NCBI RefSeq assembly: GCF_006345805.1
Contig: NC_043018.1
Span: 6,200,001 to 6,264,000 of the forward strand
Length of the DNA: 64,000 nt
Source of the DNA: Octopus sinensis
Lineage: Eukaryota
Reading direction: 5' to 3'
Part shown: positions 23,451 to 35,444 of the stretch, one piece after another
How the letters are laid out: the number at the start of each line of letters is the position of its first letter
Numbering within the stretch: position 1 is the first letter of the stretch
The notes under the pieces: generated by a model
The model's input: only the letters and a program-made list of their open reading frames with translations
Database searches by the model: none
What the model was told of the DNA's origin: nothing
Program-made: the position numbers and the translations under genes

Positions 23451-24042
23451 ATATGTGTATGCCTCTGTGTGTGTGTGTGTGTGTGTAACATGTTCATGCT
23501 GAATTTGTGTGAGGGAGTATAATATTGAGGGAGATGGCTGTAGACCAGGTGATGAGAAATTAAATTATGATGGAAAGACAGAAACAGGTGTCTTGTTGTA
23601 GACGAGGTAGTTACCCTAATTGGAAGAGAAGGTGGATGGTGGTGAAGGGGCATCAGGGTGAACCCCTAAGTTAGAGGAAGGTGAATAAAAGAGAAGTGGT
23701 ATGGGTGGGTAAGTAAGTTTGTGGGAGAGTAGGGAATGACTGGCAGATGGATCAAAGGAAATGCAGTGAGTGGTGAAGGAAGCAAAGTCAGTTGTGAGTA
23801 TTTATTGGAGGAGAAGGTAGAGGATGAAGATGTAGATCAGGGAGGTAAGAGGTAGCAGCAAAGATGTGAATAGTGTGGGGGAGGGGTGCAGGAAAGATGC
23901 ACAGTGTCAGGGATGAAGTCCAAGGTATGTGAGTGAGAGTAGTGAGAAGTGAATTGTGGTGATTGGTGAGGAGAGCAGCCATTAGCAAAATCATGGGATA
24001 TCTGTCTGGGATATACAGGAAGAAATGGGGGGGATTAAAAAT

Positions 24043-24600
24043 GATAATAATAATAATGAAATTATTGTATACAGTGCTCAGGTGCACCACAACTTGTCAG
24101 AAAGTGCGTATAAAGCATATGCAGTAATGTACAAATGTCTGGAAAGCAAACAATGTATGAGTCAGATGATAATGCTTGTGTGTGTATGGAGGGGAGAGAA
24201 AATCAGGTGGTAGTATTGGCAAATCTCAGAAAGCATGGAAGTTTTGAAGGATGCAGTGCTCCGACAACTAACAACTGATGCCGGCAGTTTGTTCCATGCT
24301 TCAGCAACTCTCAGTGTGAAAAAATGCTTCCGAAAGTCATGGGAGCTGTGCTGTTTTCTGACTTTGTAAATATGTCCACGGGTGTTAGACGGGTGGAGTT
24401 TGAAAAGGTGCTCAGAGCTATCGTTGGTAAGATGGTTAATAATTTTATGAGTGTCTGCCAAGTCAGCTGCCAGACGTCGGAGTTTCAATGTGTCCATGCC
24501 CAGGGAAGTAAGGCGTTCAGAATATGGCAAATGCCTGATGGAGGGTATTCTTTTGGTTGCACGTCACTGAACGGCTTTCAGAGGATTAGCATCAGTTTGC
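24043..24600 (-). mobile_element. CR1-clade LINE 3' fragment, (ATT)n tail
   Basis: LTSLGMDTLKLRRLAADL..NTRGHIYKVRKQ..RKHFFTLRVAEAWNKLP; near-identical to 53341-53900. Confidence 0.9.
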
Positions 24601-24773
24601 ATTACTCCTTGGAACTGGGGACCTTTTTTTTAATACCATGAATCTGATTTTTCTTGGTTTCTTGCTCATTCCATCCAGCCCATTCCATGGTTTGTTTTGA
24701 AATCTGAGTTACGTTCCATGTAAGTTCATCAGATACAACGAAACTGACAGAATCAGGAAAGCATTTTATAGAC

Positions 24774-24821
<48 letters not shown>

Positions 24822-25462
24822 CTAGCTTCAACCATTAGATTATACCAATGTTGTATCACTCTTTTCTAGTGTTAGGTTGATTAAACCGACCTCCAATATT
24901 TATTTTATCAAACTCTGAAAGAGCCAAACATAGTGTGAAGAAAAGCGCTTTGAAGAAGCGAGTTTATAAAACGCTCTCCCGCAGCACCCTGACTCTGTCC
25001 GTTTGGTTGTATCTGAAGAATTACATACAATGGACGAAGTCTTTTGTATACTTCATATTTCAAAGAGTTGGCACAAGGGGTTACATGTTATTCAATATTC
25101 TTACACAGTCTGCTATTAGTATATTTACAAGATCTCTCCTATATCTGAAAATGTTAACATCGAAGTATGGTGTGGCCAGAGTTATTGTGTTTATTGATCA
25201 ACAATAGATGGACATGATCGTTTTAACTATCCACCACTTCTTCTTTTTCCTTTCTTTCTTTTGTTCTTTCTTCCTTTCTTTCTTTCTTTCTTTTTCTCAT
25301 TCTTACATTTATTTCATTATAAATGTATCTGTTTATTTATTTATTTATTTATCCGTTCCTGCTTTCTCTTTTAGCAGTTGCTAGGTTGATGTCAAATTTG
25401 ATGGAAGAACTATCTCCATGTTCACCATAACTGGAAATACACACACGCGCGTTGTGTGTGTG

Positions 25463-25523
<61 letters not shown>

Positions 25524-26264
25524 TCTATAAGTATATACACATATATACATATACATATATATTGATATATAGATAAATTTATATGTATATGCGTATATTT
25601 GTATATATATATATATGTGTGTTTATGTATGTATGAATGTATTATGTATATATTTATATTTACATCAGTATCATCATCATCATCATCATTTTATTGTCCA
25701 CTTCTTCCATACTTTCATGGCTTGGATAGAATTCGTTGAGATGGATTCTCTACAGCTGGATGCCCTTCCTGTTGCTAACCCTTACCTGTTTCCAAGCAAG
25801 CTAATATTTCCCCACCTTGGCAAGACACAAAAGATTGGAAATTAATGACGTTACTTGCATAACAATGACACTCACAACATACACTTGCCCAAGGTGCCAT
25901 ACAGTGGGACTGAATCCAGAACCATGTGGTTAGTAAGCAAGCTACTTACCACACAGCCAGCATTAGGAAGGGCATCCAGCTATAGAAATCATGCCCAAAC
26001 AGACATGAAACCTGAACTGCCCTTCAACTGGTCAGTTCCTGTCAGACCTTCCAGCTCACGTCAGTTTGGAAAATGGATGTTAAATGATGGTGATGATGAG
26101 GATGATGATAGTATCACCTTATTGTTGTATATACTATATAGGTTGGCTGGGTATATAGTATTTACTGCCTATATACATACAGTAGTCTATAACAGTAATA
26201 TTATTCAAAATTAACTTAAAAAAAAATTGTCTAAATTTCATCTTTTTATATTCTTTTACGTGTT

Positions 26265-26493
26265 CCAGTTATTTGACTGTGGCCATGCTGGAACACTGCC
26301 TTGAAGAGTTTTAGTCGAACAAATTAGCCTGAGGACTTATTTTTAAACCCTAGTACTTATTCTATCAGTCTGTTTTGCCAAACTACTAAGTTACAGAGAT
26401 GTAGGCACACCAACACTAGTTATCAAGTGGTGATGGGGGGGGGGTGCAAACACATACACAAAGATTTGCACACATAGATATATACATATACAT

Positions 26494-26535
<42 letters not shown>

Positions 26536-26559
26536 TATATATGTATATATATATGTATA

Positions 26560-26614
<55 letters not shown>

Positions 26615-26775
26615 TAGGCTTCTTTCAGTTTCCATCTACCGAATCTACTCACAAGGCTTTGGTTGGCCTGAGGTTATAGTAGAAGACACTTGCCCAAGGT
26701 GCCACACAGTGGGACTGAACCCGGAACCATGTGATTGGGAAGCAAGCTACTTACCACACAGTCATACCTGTGCTT
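26265..26775 (-). mobile_element. tRNA-derived SINE family A
   Basis: Same head, core box and internal (TA)n as 7242. Confidence 0.85.
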
Positions 26776-27030
26776 AGATATTTCTGGTATGGATTGAGTG
26801 TCATTGACATTTTCACAAAATCCAATATACCTCTCTTTGGATCTGTTATTGATTAATTTATTGATTTTAAAATTTTTCATGTTTTCATAAAATACATTGA
26901 TCTACAAATATTCAATAACTAATAACTAGAAATTCTTGAGATGAGGCGAGAGGCAGCAGAATACTATACACTTTTCAGATGGAGAAGCCAAGCTTTCATA
27001 CACACACACTTACACATAAATGTGTGCGTG

Positions 27031-27064
<34 letters not shown>

Positions 27065-27399
27065 AACTATATAGTAGATATATAAACATATGTGTGTGTA
27101 ACCTATATGGTAGTTATATAAATAAGGATAATTTAGCTATCTTTCCGTAGATTGGAAAAAAAAAATGATTGATTTTTGAATCTTATTGAATTCTCATCAG
27201 AAATATCTTCATCATTTTCACCCAAATCCCAGAAAAACAAGCATCCAATCTGTCTATATACTCAATAAATCCAGGAGCTCCAGAGAACTGGAGTGCCTAA
27301 TTTGCATATCATAAGTGTTAACACTTCATTTCATATAAGGGGACTGTCTACGGGGATCCCAGTCTGCAGGAGTATCAAGGTATGATATAATATATCAGT

Positions 27400-27600
27400 C
27401 ACCATGATAGATCGTTAGCCACTACACACATTTTTTCTCTCCTTGTTTTTTTCTGTGTCCCTTTCTGTAGAAGAGCGTAGGCTCAAAATGTAAAAGCCTT
27501 TTTCTATTCCTGAGCATTATACTAATACATCTGTTTGTTTTCTACACCACCTGTCTTCGTCTTTTGTCTCTTTTTCGTAAACTCTCCTATAACATATACA
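27400..27600 (+). mobile_element. PLE-like T-rich 3' end with degenerate hammerhead-like motif (27461-27496)
   Basis: CTTT-CTGTAGAA-GAGC-GTAG-GCTC-AAAA-TG-TA-AAAG; restoring two CpG transitions gives GAAA-CG-TA. Confidence 0.4.
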
Positions 27601-27625
27601 GCCTCTATAGTAGATATATAAACAT

Positions 27626-28030
27626 AGGTGCAGGAGTGGCTATGTGGTAAGTAGTTTGGTTACCAACCACATGGTTCCAGGTTCAGTCCCATTGCATGGC
27701 ATCTTGAGCAAGTGTCTTCTATTATAGCCTCAGGCTGACCAAAGCCATATGAAAGAATTTGGTAGATGGAAACTGAAAGAAGCCCGTTGTATATATGTGT
27801 GTGTGTGTGTGTGTGTGTATATGTTTGTGTGTCTGTGTTTGTCCCCTCACCATTGCTTGACAACCAATACTGGTGTGTTTACGTCCCCGTAACTTAGCTG
27901 TTCAGGAATGGAGACTGATAGAATAAGTACCAGGCTTACAAAGAATGAGTCCTGGGGTCAATAGTTCAACTAAAGGTGGCACACCACCATGGCAACAGTC
28001 ATATAACTGAAACAAATAAAAGATTGAAAA
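27626..28030 (+). mobile_element. tRNA-derived SINE family A
   Basis: GGAGTGGCTATGTGGTAAG head, GGTTCAGTCCC box. Confidence 0.85.
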
Positions 28031-28109
28031 AATTATGGATACACACACACACAGACACACACAGACACAGACACACACACATACACACACACACACACAC
28101 ACACGTATA

Positions 28110-28410
28110 AAACCAGTGGTTAGGGCAGTGGATTCGTGGTTGTAGGATCGCGGTTTCGATCCCCAGACCGGGTGTTGTGAGTGTTTATTGAGCGAAAATA
28201 CCTAAAGCTCCATGAGGCTCCAGCAGGGGGTGGTGGCGATCCCTGCTGTACTCTTCCGCCACAACTTTCTCTCACTCTTTCTTTTATTGGCCTGCTCGCT
28301 TAGCCAGCAGGGTGGCGTCATTTGAAGGCTAAAACAATGTAAAGTGCATTGCGACCAGCGATGTGTAGCAACATCTGATAGTCTGGTCGGTCACGGTAAT
28401 CACGGTGATA
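28110..28410 (+). mobile_element. tRNA-derived SINE (CAGTGGTTAGGGCAG..GCGGTTTCGATCCC head)
   Basis: A/B-box head; matches 60238-60590. Confidence 0.8.
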
Positions 28411-28954
28411 TATATATATAGGGAGAGGGGGAGGGGGAAGAAAGAGGGAGGGAGAGGGAAGGAGGGAGAGAGAGAGGGAGGGAGAGGGAAGGAGGGAGAG
28501 AGAGAGAATTGCTTATGGCCACTTTAATGTGGATCTCCTCTAAGACACAAAGATACTGTCATTTAACCCCAGGAGACCGATCGAATAAGTACTAGGCTTA
28601 CAAGGAATAAGTCCTGGGGTCGATTTGCTCGACTAAAGGCGGTGCTCCAGCATGGCCACAGTCAAGTGACTGAAACAAGTAAAAGAATATGCGTGTATAT
28701 TTTGCTTAGGCACAGTGGTACTCATATAATACTCTGATGTTAGAACTTGTTATGCATATGCTTCAGAGAAAAGCTTTAGTTGAGTACAGAATGGTAATAA
28801 GTAATTAGTAATTAAGACAATGGAACAAGAAAATATGTAACGAACTTCGGCTTATAGCTGTTTCTGCTGTAAATTGCTCATTGTTGCATGCTTGTGTATG
28901 ATCTCACAGCTACATCGAAGCTTTAAAGATGAAGTATGATTTTATTTGGGAAAT

Positions 28955-29380
28955 TGGCTGTGTGTGGTAAGTATGCTTGCTTACCAACCACATGGTTCCG
29001 GGTTCAGTCCCACTGCGTGGAATGTCAGGCAAGTGTCTTCTACTATAGCCTCAGGCCGACCAAAGCCTTGTGAGTGGATTTGGTAGACGGAAACTGAAAG
29101 AAGCCCATCATGTATATGTATAAATATATATATGTGTGTGCGTGTGTGTGTGTGTGTGTGTATGTTTGTGTGTCTGTGTTTGTCCCCCTAGCATTGCTTG
29201 ACAAACGATGCTGGTGTGTTTATGTCCCCGTCACTTAGCGGTTCGGCAAAAGATACCGATAGAATAAGTACTAGGCTTACAAAGAATAAGTCCCGGAGTC
29301 GAGTTGCTCGACTAAAGGCGGTGCTCCAGCATGGTCACAGTCAAATGACTGAAACAAGTAAAAGAGTAAAAAAAAAGAGT
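28955..29380 (+). mobile_element. tRNA-derived SINE family A
   Basis: Family head, core box and AAAGAGT tail. Confidence 0.85.
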
Positions 29381-29383
29381 ATA

Positions 29384-29671
29384 CAGTGGAACCACGTAAA
29401 ATTCAATTCATTCCTGAAGGCTGTTTGTGAACCGAAACTATTTTTCCCCCACAAGGAAGAGCAAATTCAAGCAGTGATGTTCACTGATTGAAAGCTAGAC
29501 AACAGCTGTTGTTCTTCTGCTGATATTCTCAGATTGCCACCATTCACTGTTGCTGGGTTGTGTGACATTAGTCAAGAGATATCATTCATCACCTGAGATG
29601 TTTTGTTTGAAAAATTGTCCATAAATCGATTTGTTCATAATGAGAAGCATTTATAAACCAAGGTTCCACTG
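29384..29671. mobile_element. pogo/Tigger-type MITE
   Basis: TA|CAGTGGAACC ... GGTTCCACTG|TA. Confidence 0.65.
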
Positions 29672-29724
29672 TACATGGAAAACATCACCAAAATGTAATA
29701 TCCCCTCTATTGTTACACTCCATT

Positions 29725-29800
29725 GTTTCATTGTAGTTTATATATATGTTTCATTGTAGTTTATATATATGTTTCATTGTAGTTTATATATATGTTTCAT
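29725..29800. repeat. 23-bp minisatellite, ~3.3 copies
   Basis: GTTTCATTGTAGTTTATATATAT repeated. Confidence 0.9.
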
Positions 29801-29809
29801 ATATATTTA

Positions 29810-30010
29810 CAGGGTGTGGTGAACATTATGCAAAAATAAAAATAATGCTGACATCTCATTTTAACAGATGTATTTGCCAAAATTACATAAAAATATCTTG
29901 GAATACTAAAGAGTAAATTTATTCAATAAAATCGCCATTGGCTTCAACCACAGCCTTCAGATGACTTCAGAATCACCTGCAACTCTTCCGGGCAGTCTCC
30001 TTGTTTAGTC
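29810..30010 (-). mobile_element. 3' end of the same maT-like mariner as 6560-7775
   Basis: TA|CAGGGTG terminus; reverse complement of ~7180-7240 plus 7660-7770. Confidence 0.8.
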
Positions 30011-30121
30011 GTTGAATGCTGCCATAATCCAAAGAATTTAATGCAAAGGTAAAAATCCTGCAAGGCTCAGTTCTCAGTCCTCTTTTATTTGTTATAGTTC
30101 TACAGGATATCCTATATACGC

Positions 30122-30350
30122 TGGTGGAGGCGTGTGGCTTAGGGGTTACGGTGCTGGGCTCATGATCATAAGATTGTGGTTCTGATTCCTGGACCAGGCA
30201 ATATATTGTGTTCTTGAGCAAAACACTTCCTTTCCTGTTGCTCCAGGCCTCTCAGCTGGCAAAACTGAGTAATCCTGCTATGAACCAGTGTCCCATCCAG
30301 GTAGTGAATATATACACCATGGAAACTGGGAAACCAGCCCTTATGAGTCA
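30122..30350 (+). mobile_element. tRNA-derived SINE
   Basis: GGCGTGTGGCTTAG head, GTGTTCTTGAGCAAAACACTT body. Confidence 0.75.
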
Positions 30351-30789
30351 ACGTGAGTCAAGAAGGCAACCTTTATGTTTTTAACCTTACAAGACATCCC
30401 AGAGGAACTGAAGACTGGCTGTATTTGTTTGAAGAGTGAAAACTGCTGTAGACTGAGGATCATACAGGCGTCATTATGACAAAAGTGTGTGGAGGAACGT
30501 TTAAACCTGCTAGAGACCATTCTTCTCCAGATGCGACCAAAACCAATTTCTTCCAGAGAAAAAGAAAGAGCAAAAGAGAAGGGCAGAGAAAAGGACTGAC
30601 TCAATATTTAACTGGGTCTTTGTTTATTGACCTTATTTGACTTCAGGAAGATTTGAACTCAGAATGCAGAAGGCTGGAACAAATTTTGCAAGACATCTGT
30701 TCTTCTCACATGTAAACAACTCTGCTAATTTGTCTTCTTGCAATCAAAGAAGTCTGGAATTATTTTGGTCACAGAACCAATTTCAGTTG

Positions 30790-31324
30790 TTCATCTTTTT
30801 ACTTCTTTCATTCATTGGACTGTGGCCATGCTGGGGCACCACTTTGAAAGTTTTAGTTGAGCATGTCAATTCTAGTGATTACCTTTTTTAAGTCTAATAT
30901 ATATTTTATTGGTTTCTTTTTCTGATCTGCTAAGTTATGTAGATGTAAACAAACCAACACCTGCTGTCAGGCAGTTAGAGGGACAAACACAAAGACACAC
31001 ACACACATGCACACACACACACACAGACATGTGCACGCACACACATGTACACACACACACACACAGATATATGCACGCACTCACATGCACACACACACAC
31101 ACACACAGACATGTGCACGCACACACATGCACACACACACAGACATGTGCACGCACACACATGTGCACGCACACACATGTACACACACACAGATATATGC
31201 ATGCAGACACATGCACACACACACACAGACATGTGCATGCACACACACGCACACACACACACACGTACACACATACATACACATATGTGTGTATTCGTGT
31301 GTGTATATGTGTGAGTGTGTGTGT

Positions 31325-31373
<49 letters not shown>

Positions 31374-31530
31374 ATATTGCAGGCTTCCATATAGCTTCTG
31401 TCAACCAAATTCTCTCACAAAGCTTTGGTGAACCCAAGGCTACAACGGAAGACACTTCCCCAAAGTGCTGTGCATTGGAATTGACCCTGAAACCCTGTGG
31501 TCACAAAGTGAACTTCTTAAACACACAATC
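30790..31530 (-). mobile_element. SINE family A with internal (CA)-based minisatellite expansion (30985-31375)
   Basis: SINE halves flank repeated ACACACAGACATGTGCACGC units. Confidence 0.75.
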
Positions 31531-31569
31531 GTGCCTGTGCTTACATAAAAAAAGCTAAGAACAACAGAA

Positions 31570-32270
31570 ATCTTTGAAGAAATGAAAGGAAAAGCTGAGA
31601 AAAAAAAAATGATATTTAATCAACAAGTTTTTCTTGGTACTGGCATTACAAGACCAAAGAGAATGTGCATGCCCAATATGGATTTTTTGATGGAATTCTC
31701 TACAGAAACAGCAGGACAGACAATTAATGATGAAACAATTCTTTGATCATCAGTTTTTGAATCAATTGATCGAGGGAATGAAGAAATTTTTAAATGATTC
31801 ACAGCTCATAATGACCTCTGTAATATTATTAGGTTTGTTACTTCAGAAATTGTGTTCTGTTTTTAATTTGAAATCCCTTTTGCCATTAACTGGATTGAAA
31901 TTAAGCTTCCACCACCATAAGAAATAGCTGTAATAAAGATTTTTTTTTTTTTTTTTTTTTTTTTGGTCAAGGAAGAAAATAGCATCGACAATAATAGATA
32001 TTCTTGAGGCACTAAATGAGCAAAGCCGGGTATTTCAAAACTAATACAAGCTCACAGCTATTTTGGCTAAATTCCCATCTTTCAAGTGCAATATATGAAT
32101 CTTCGTTTTCAACATTTGCCAGAATTCATTGAACTTGGCACTAAGCTCTGCTTGAAAAACACCAATGTCTTGTTATTGTCCAAGCCTTTGAAAAGAAGTG
32201 AGCTGAGGATATATACGATGAAGATTCTACAAACTTTTTCAAAACATTCTTGTATTCAGCAGTTTTAATT
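31570..32270 (+). pseudogene. hAT transposase C-terminal (dimerisation domain) relic
   Basis: Heavily decayed: RPKRM..MEFSTETAGQ, VFQN*YKLTAILAK, then positions matching the ERSFS..LRSSM..RL..L..EK pattern across frameshifts. Confidence 0.4.
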
Positions 32271-32592
32271 TGATAGAAAAATTGGCTTAATTTATATCTG
32301 TGATATAGTATGTAATAAATACTATATTTATTTGTATAAAAGTCATTCTATTTTATATTTGATTTCCACTGAAAAAAAAAACTGGCATGCATTTTATACA
32401 TAGAGGAAAGCTGGTATCAAGTTGCAACATGAAGGAAAAGGTGAAATAAGTACCAGACATGTTTTGTCCCATGCAGAGTCTGCAGAAAGTTCTCAGAGGT
32501 TTTGCAAGCTCTTCTAAATCAATTGCATATGGGAAAACTTTGCGTTATCATCTGCAGGTATTTCTGTCTCACAAGCATTTCGCCTCTATGTT

Positions 32593-32623
<31 letters not shown>

Positions 32624-32832
32624 AAATGGAAAGATGAATTTTCTTGTTACAGATTATTCAAAAGTTTAACCGATACCTGGGTAGCAAAAATCACAGCAGA
32701 AAAAAACACGGTTGGAGATAAGACCATTTGGTGTTGCAACCGTGCGTTGGTGCGGATAATTGAAGTTTAATATAATTAGTGAATGGAAGAAATGGAGTTG
32801 AACGAAGATTGTACAGAATTCCTTTTATTACA

Positions 32833-32912
32833 TTCTACACATGTTTCAAAGGCCACAATTTTCCAAATTCTGATTAAATAAGGATACCATATTGCAGCTT
32901 CTCTTCATGGAA
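32833..32912 (-). ncRNA. Hammerhead copy in the left pseudo-LTR (core altered to ATGAAGA)
   Basis: Reverse complement of 34861-34940 with small changes. Confidence 0.55.
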
Positions 32913-33756
32913 AAAGCAGGAATTACGTTGACAGAACAAAACAAAACAGAGGCGCAGCAAAGCAATTCGAACGAGGACGCTCCTTAAGAGCCCATGGTTA
33001 AACTGTTTATCAATGTACGTTGAAATCGGGGGGTTGGTGGGGGCCGACAAAAGGCCCGTTGGAATAATTACAGGTCAGGCCGCGGTCAAAACTAGTAGGT
33101 GAGGAATTAATGAGAACAAGGGGTGTGGAGATGTTCTGTGTGACCAAAACTAATGTTCTGAATATTTTAAGAATACAGTGTGTATTTTAGGGGCGAGACA
33201 AAACCTACCTAAAAGCATGTAAGTGTATACTAGCCTATGTGTGCGCGGCCGTATGTTGGCGAGGGGCGCTAGATAATGAGCACTGCTGAAAAAACCTGTC
33301 AGGTGGCTGAAAAAATTTCTGTGTTCGTGTGTTCGTCTAGGCCTGCTTGTCTAAAAATTAACATCGTCAAAGAATCATAAGGGTATATATAATTCCAGCA
33401 TTTGCTTCCAAAAGAAAACCGACCAATCGCCTAATGGGAGTAATTTCCCCTTGCAAGAGTTATTCATAGATTTTTTAAAAAGTTTTTTCAAAAATTATTT
33501 CCAAAAATTATTTTCATTTTAATAGGGTAACAAGGTGTTAATTGTCTTAGGTGTCATTTATATGTAAGATAAGTATGACGCCGCCAATGGGGACATCGAA
33601 AAGCCGTCTGTAAAAGCCCGTTTACCAAACGGCCTCTGGCGAACAATATGTGGAAAAGCTCAGAGTTACAAAGATTACACCTCCTTCTGCCCCTATCAAA
33701 TGGGAGGGCCACCGACAAAATCGACTATTCCAGCCTAAAAACTGAATTCGCGTTCT

Positions 33757-34470
33757 TCAAACGCCAGATAAGTTTGCTAAGTCCTGTAGCTTGGTATTTA
33801 TTAACGTTGCGAAATGGTTCGAAATTCTCAAGGCCAATTTTGACGATGAGGCCCCGACATACGAGTAGACATCCGAATCCGTGTAAACCTTGCATTGGTA
33901 AATGGCGTTTCTGATCTTGGAGTTACTAGACAAGAACCTTATTCTATTGGGATTAGCTTCTGATATTAATACTGCGTTTCTGTTACTATATTGACTGTGA
34001 GAACTGCAGCCGCCTACTACATTATATTCCTCATTATCACTATTAATTAACGGACTAACCCCTGTGTAATCCCTATCACTGAGAACGCTGTAATTGCTAG
34101 TATCCGTGGACCTGCTATTGCCGGAAACGATGCTAAAGTTGCTATTAGGACTCTCTACATTAATGACCCGAACTGCGCTCACCTCCCTATTACCATTACT
34201 AACGTTATTGACATCACCATTTCTTCTATCGCTAATCCTATTATTTACTCCCTGGTTGGTACTGAGATTATCAGTCACTGTACTGGCTCTTTTATCATTA
34301 TTACTACTATTATTATTCCTACTGCGCGTTAAACTGGGATTAGACGGAGCTGCGCCTCCGGACAAAGGTGGTAGGGTCTTAATAAGCAGCCTATTATTAT
34401 GGGAGGCGATTATCTGGGAAAGGTTTTTTGTGTTGGAGAAAGCTATCCTAACTTTATGTGAATTAACCAT
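33757..34470 (-). pseudogene. PLE RT-thumb/linker/GIY-YIG endonuclease fragment
   Basis: 237-aa ORF in the track; homology extends upstream to ~34700 and downstream to ~33610. Confidence 0.8.
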
Positions 34471-34860
34471 GGAGTAATATTTGGAATTTCTGGGGAAGTT
34501 ACTGGCAATGGCTTGTTGAAACAGGAGGGGAAGATTAGTTCTAATCTGCTTACCAAAGGGAATTACAAACCAGATATGTTTATTCCTATTTTTGTGATGG
34601 GTCGGGAAGCCAGCTCTGACATTAGGGTGGGTGATTCTAGGTTGAATAAGAGGTTTTGGTTTAGTATGACCTCCGCTGGACCGTAAATTATCTATGTTCC
34701 CTAAATTAAATCCGGAAGTACCTGCTCCAACACTCCCCCGCTCCCGATTTCAACGTACATTGATAAACAGTTTAACCATGGGCTCTTAAGGAGCATCCTC
34801 GTTCGAATTGCTTTGCTGCGCCTCTGTTTTGTTTTGTTCTGTCAACGTAATTCCTGCTTT

Positions 34861-34940
34861 TTCCTGAAGAGAAAGCTGCAATATGGTATCCTTATTTAAT
34901 CAGAATTTGGAAAATTGTGGCCTTTGAAACATGTGTAGAA
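34861..34940 (+). ncRNA. Type I hammerhead in the right pseudo-LTR (degenerate)
   Basis: TTC-CTGAAGA-[GAAAGCTGCAAT..ATTGTGGCCTTT]-GAAA-CATGTG-TA-GAA. Confidence 0.7.
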
Positions 34941-34998
34941 TGTAATAAAAGGAATTCTGTACAATCTTCGTTCAACTCCATTTCTTCCATTCACTAAT

Positions 34999-35029
<31 letters not shown>

Positions 35030-35096
35030 TTGTATAAATATACATACATAATGCAGGAGTGGCTGTGTATATATGCATATATATATATATGTATAT

Positions 35097-35127
<31 letters not shown>

Positions 35128-35139
35128 GATATGTAGATG

Positions 35140-35377
35140 TGTGTGTGTGCGTGTGTGTGTGTATGTTTGTGTCTGTGTTTGTCCCCCAGCATCACTTGAC
35201 AACCGATGGTTGTGTGTTTACGTCCCCATGACTTAGCGATTCAGCAAAAGAGACCAATAGAATAAGTACTAGGCTTACAAAGGACAAGTCCTGGGGTTGA
35301 TTTGCTCGACTAAAGGCGGTGCTCCAGCATGGCTGCAGTCAAATGACTGAAACAAGTAAAAGAGTAAAAGAGTAAAG

Positions 35378-35380
<3 letters not shown>
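35140..35380 (+). mobile_element. SINE family A, 3' half
   Basis: CTTGACAACCGATG..GCTCCAGCATGGC..AAAGAGT tail. Confidence 0.8.

Positions 35381-35442
<62 letters not shown>

Positions 35443-35444
<2 letters not shown>

Larger units (their letters stand above)
32770..35003 (-). mobile_element. 5'-truncated Penelope-like element with ~260-bp inverted pseudo-LTRs
   Basis: Arms 32770-33030 and 34743-35003. Internal minus frame HIWFVIPFGKQIRTN..FPRN..KVRIAFSN..IIASHN, AIYQCKV..YVG (GIY-YIG), then TGLSKLIWRLK..CNLC after a frameshift. Confidence 0.9.

Noticed and set aside
23650-24040. Purine-skewed segment as an RT relic
   Set aside because: Only faint resemblance (SHSLLSHKL); not enough to call.
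24695-24740. Minus-strand CTGATGA..GAACGTA
   Set aside because: Core lacks an A and stem I does not pair.
27165-27205. Minus-strand CTGATGA with GAAT/ATTC stem
   Set aside because: GAAA mutated and no compatible stem III or stem I.
30340-30640. Upstream part of the hAT relic
   Set aside because: Similarity too weak to separate from chance.
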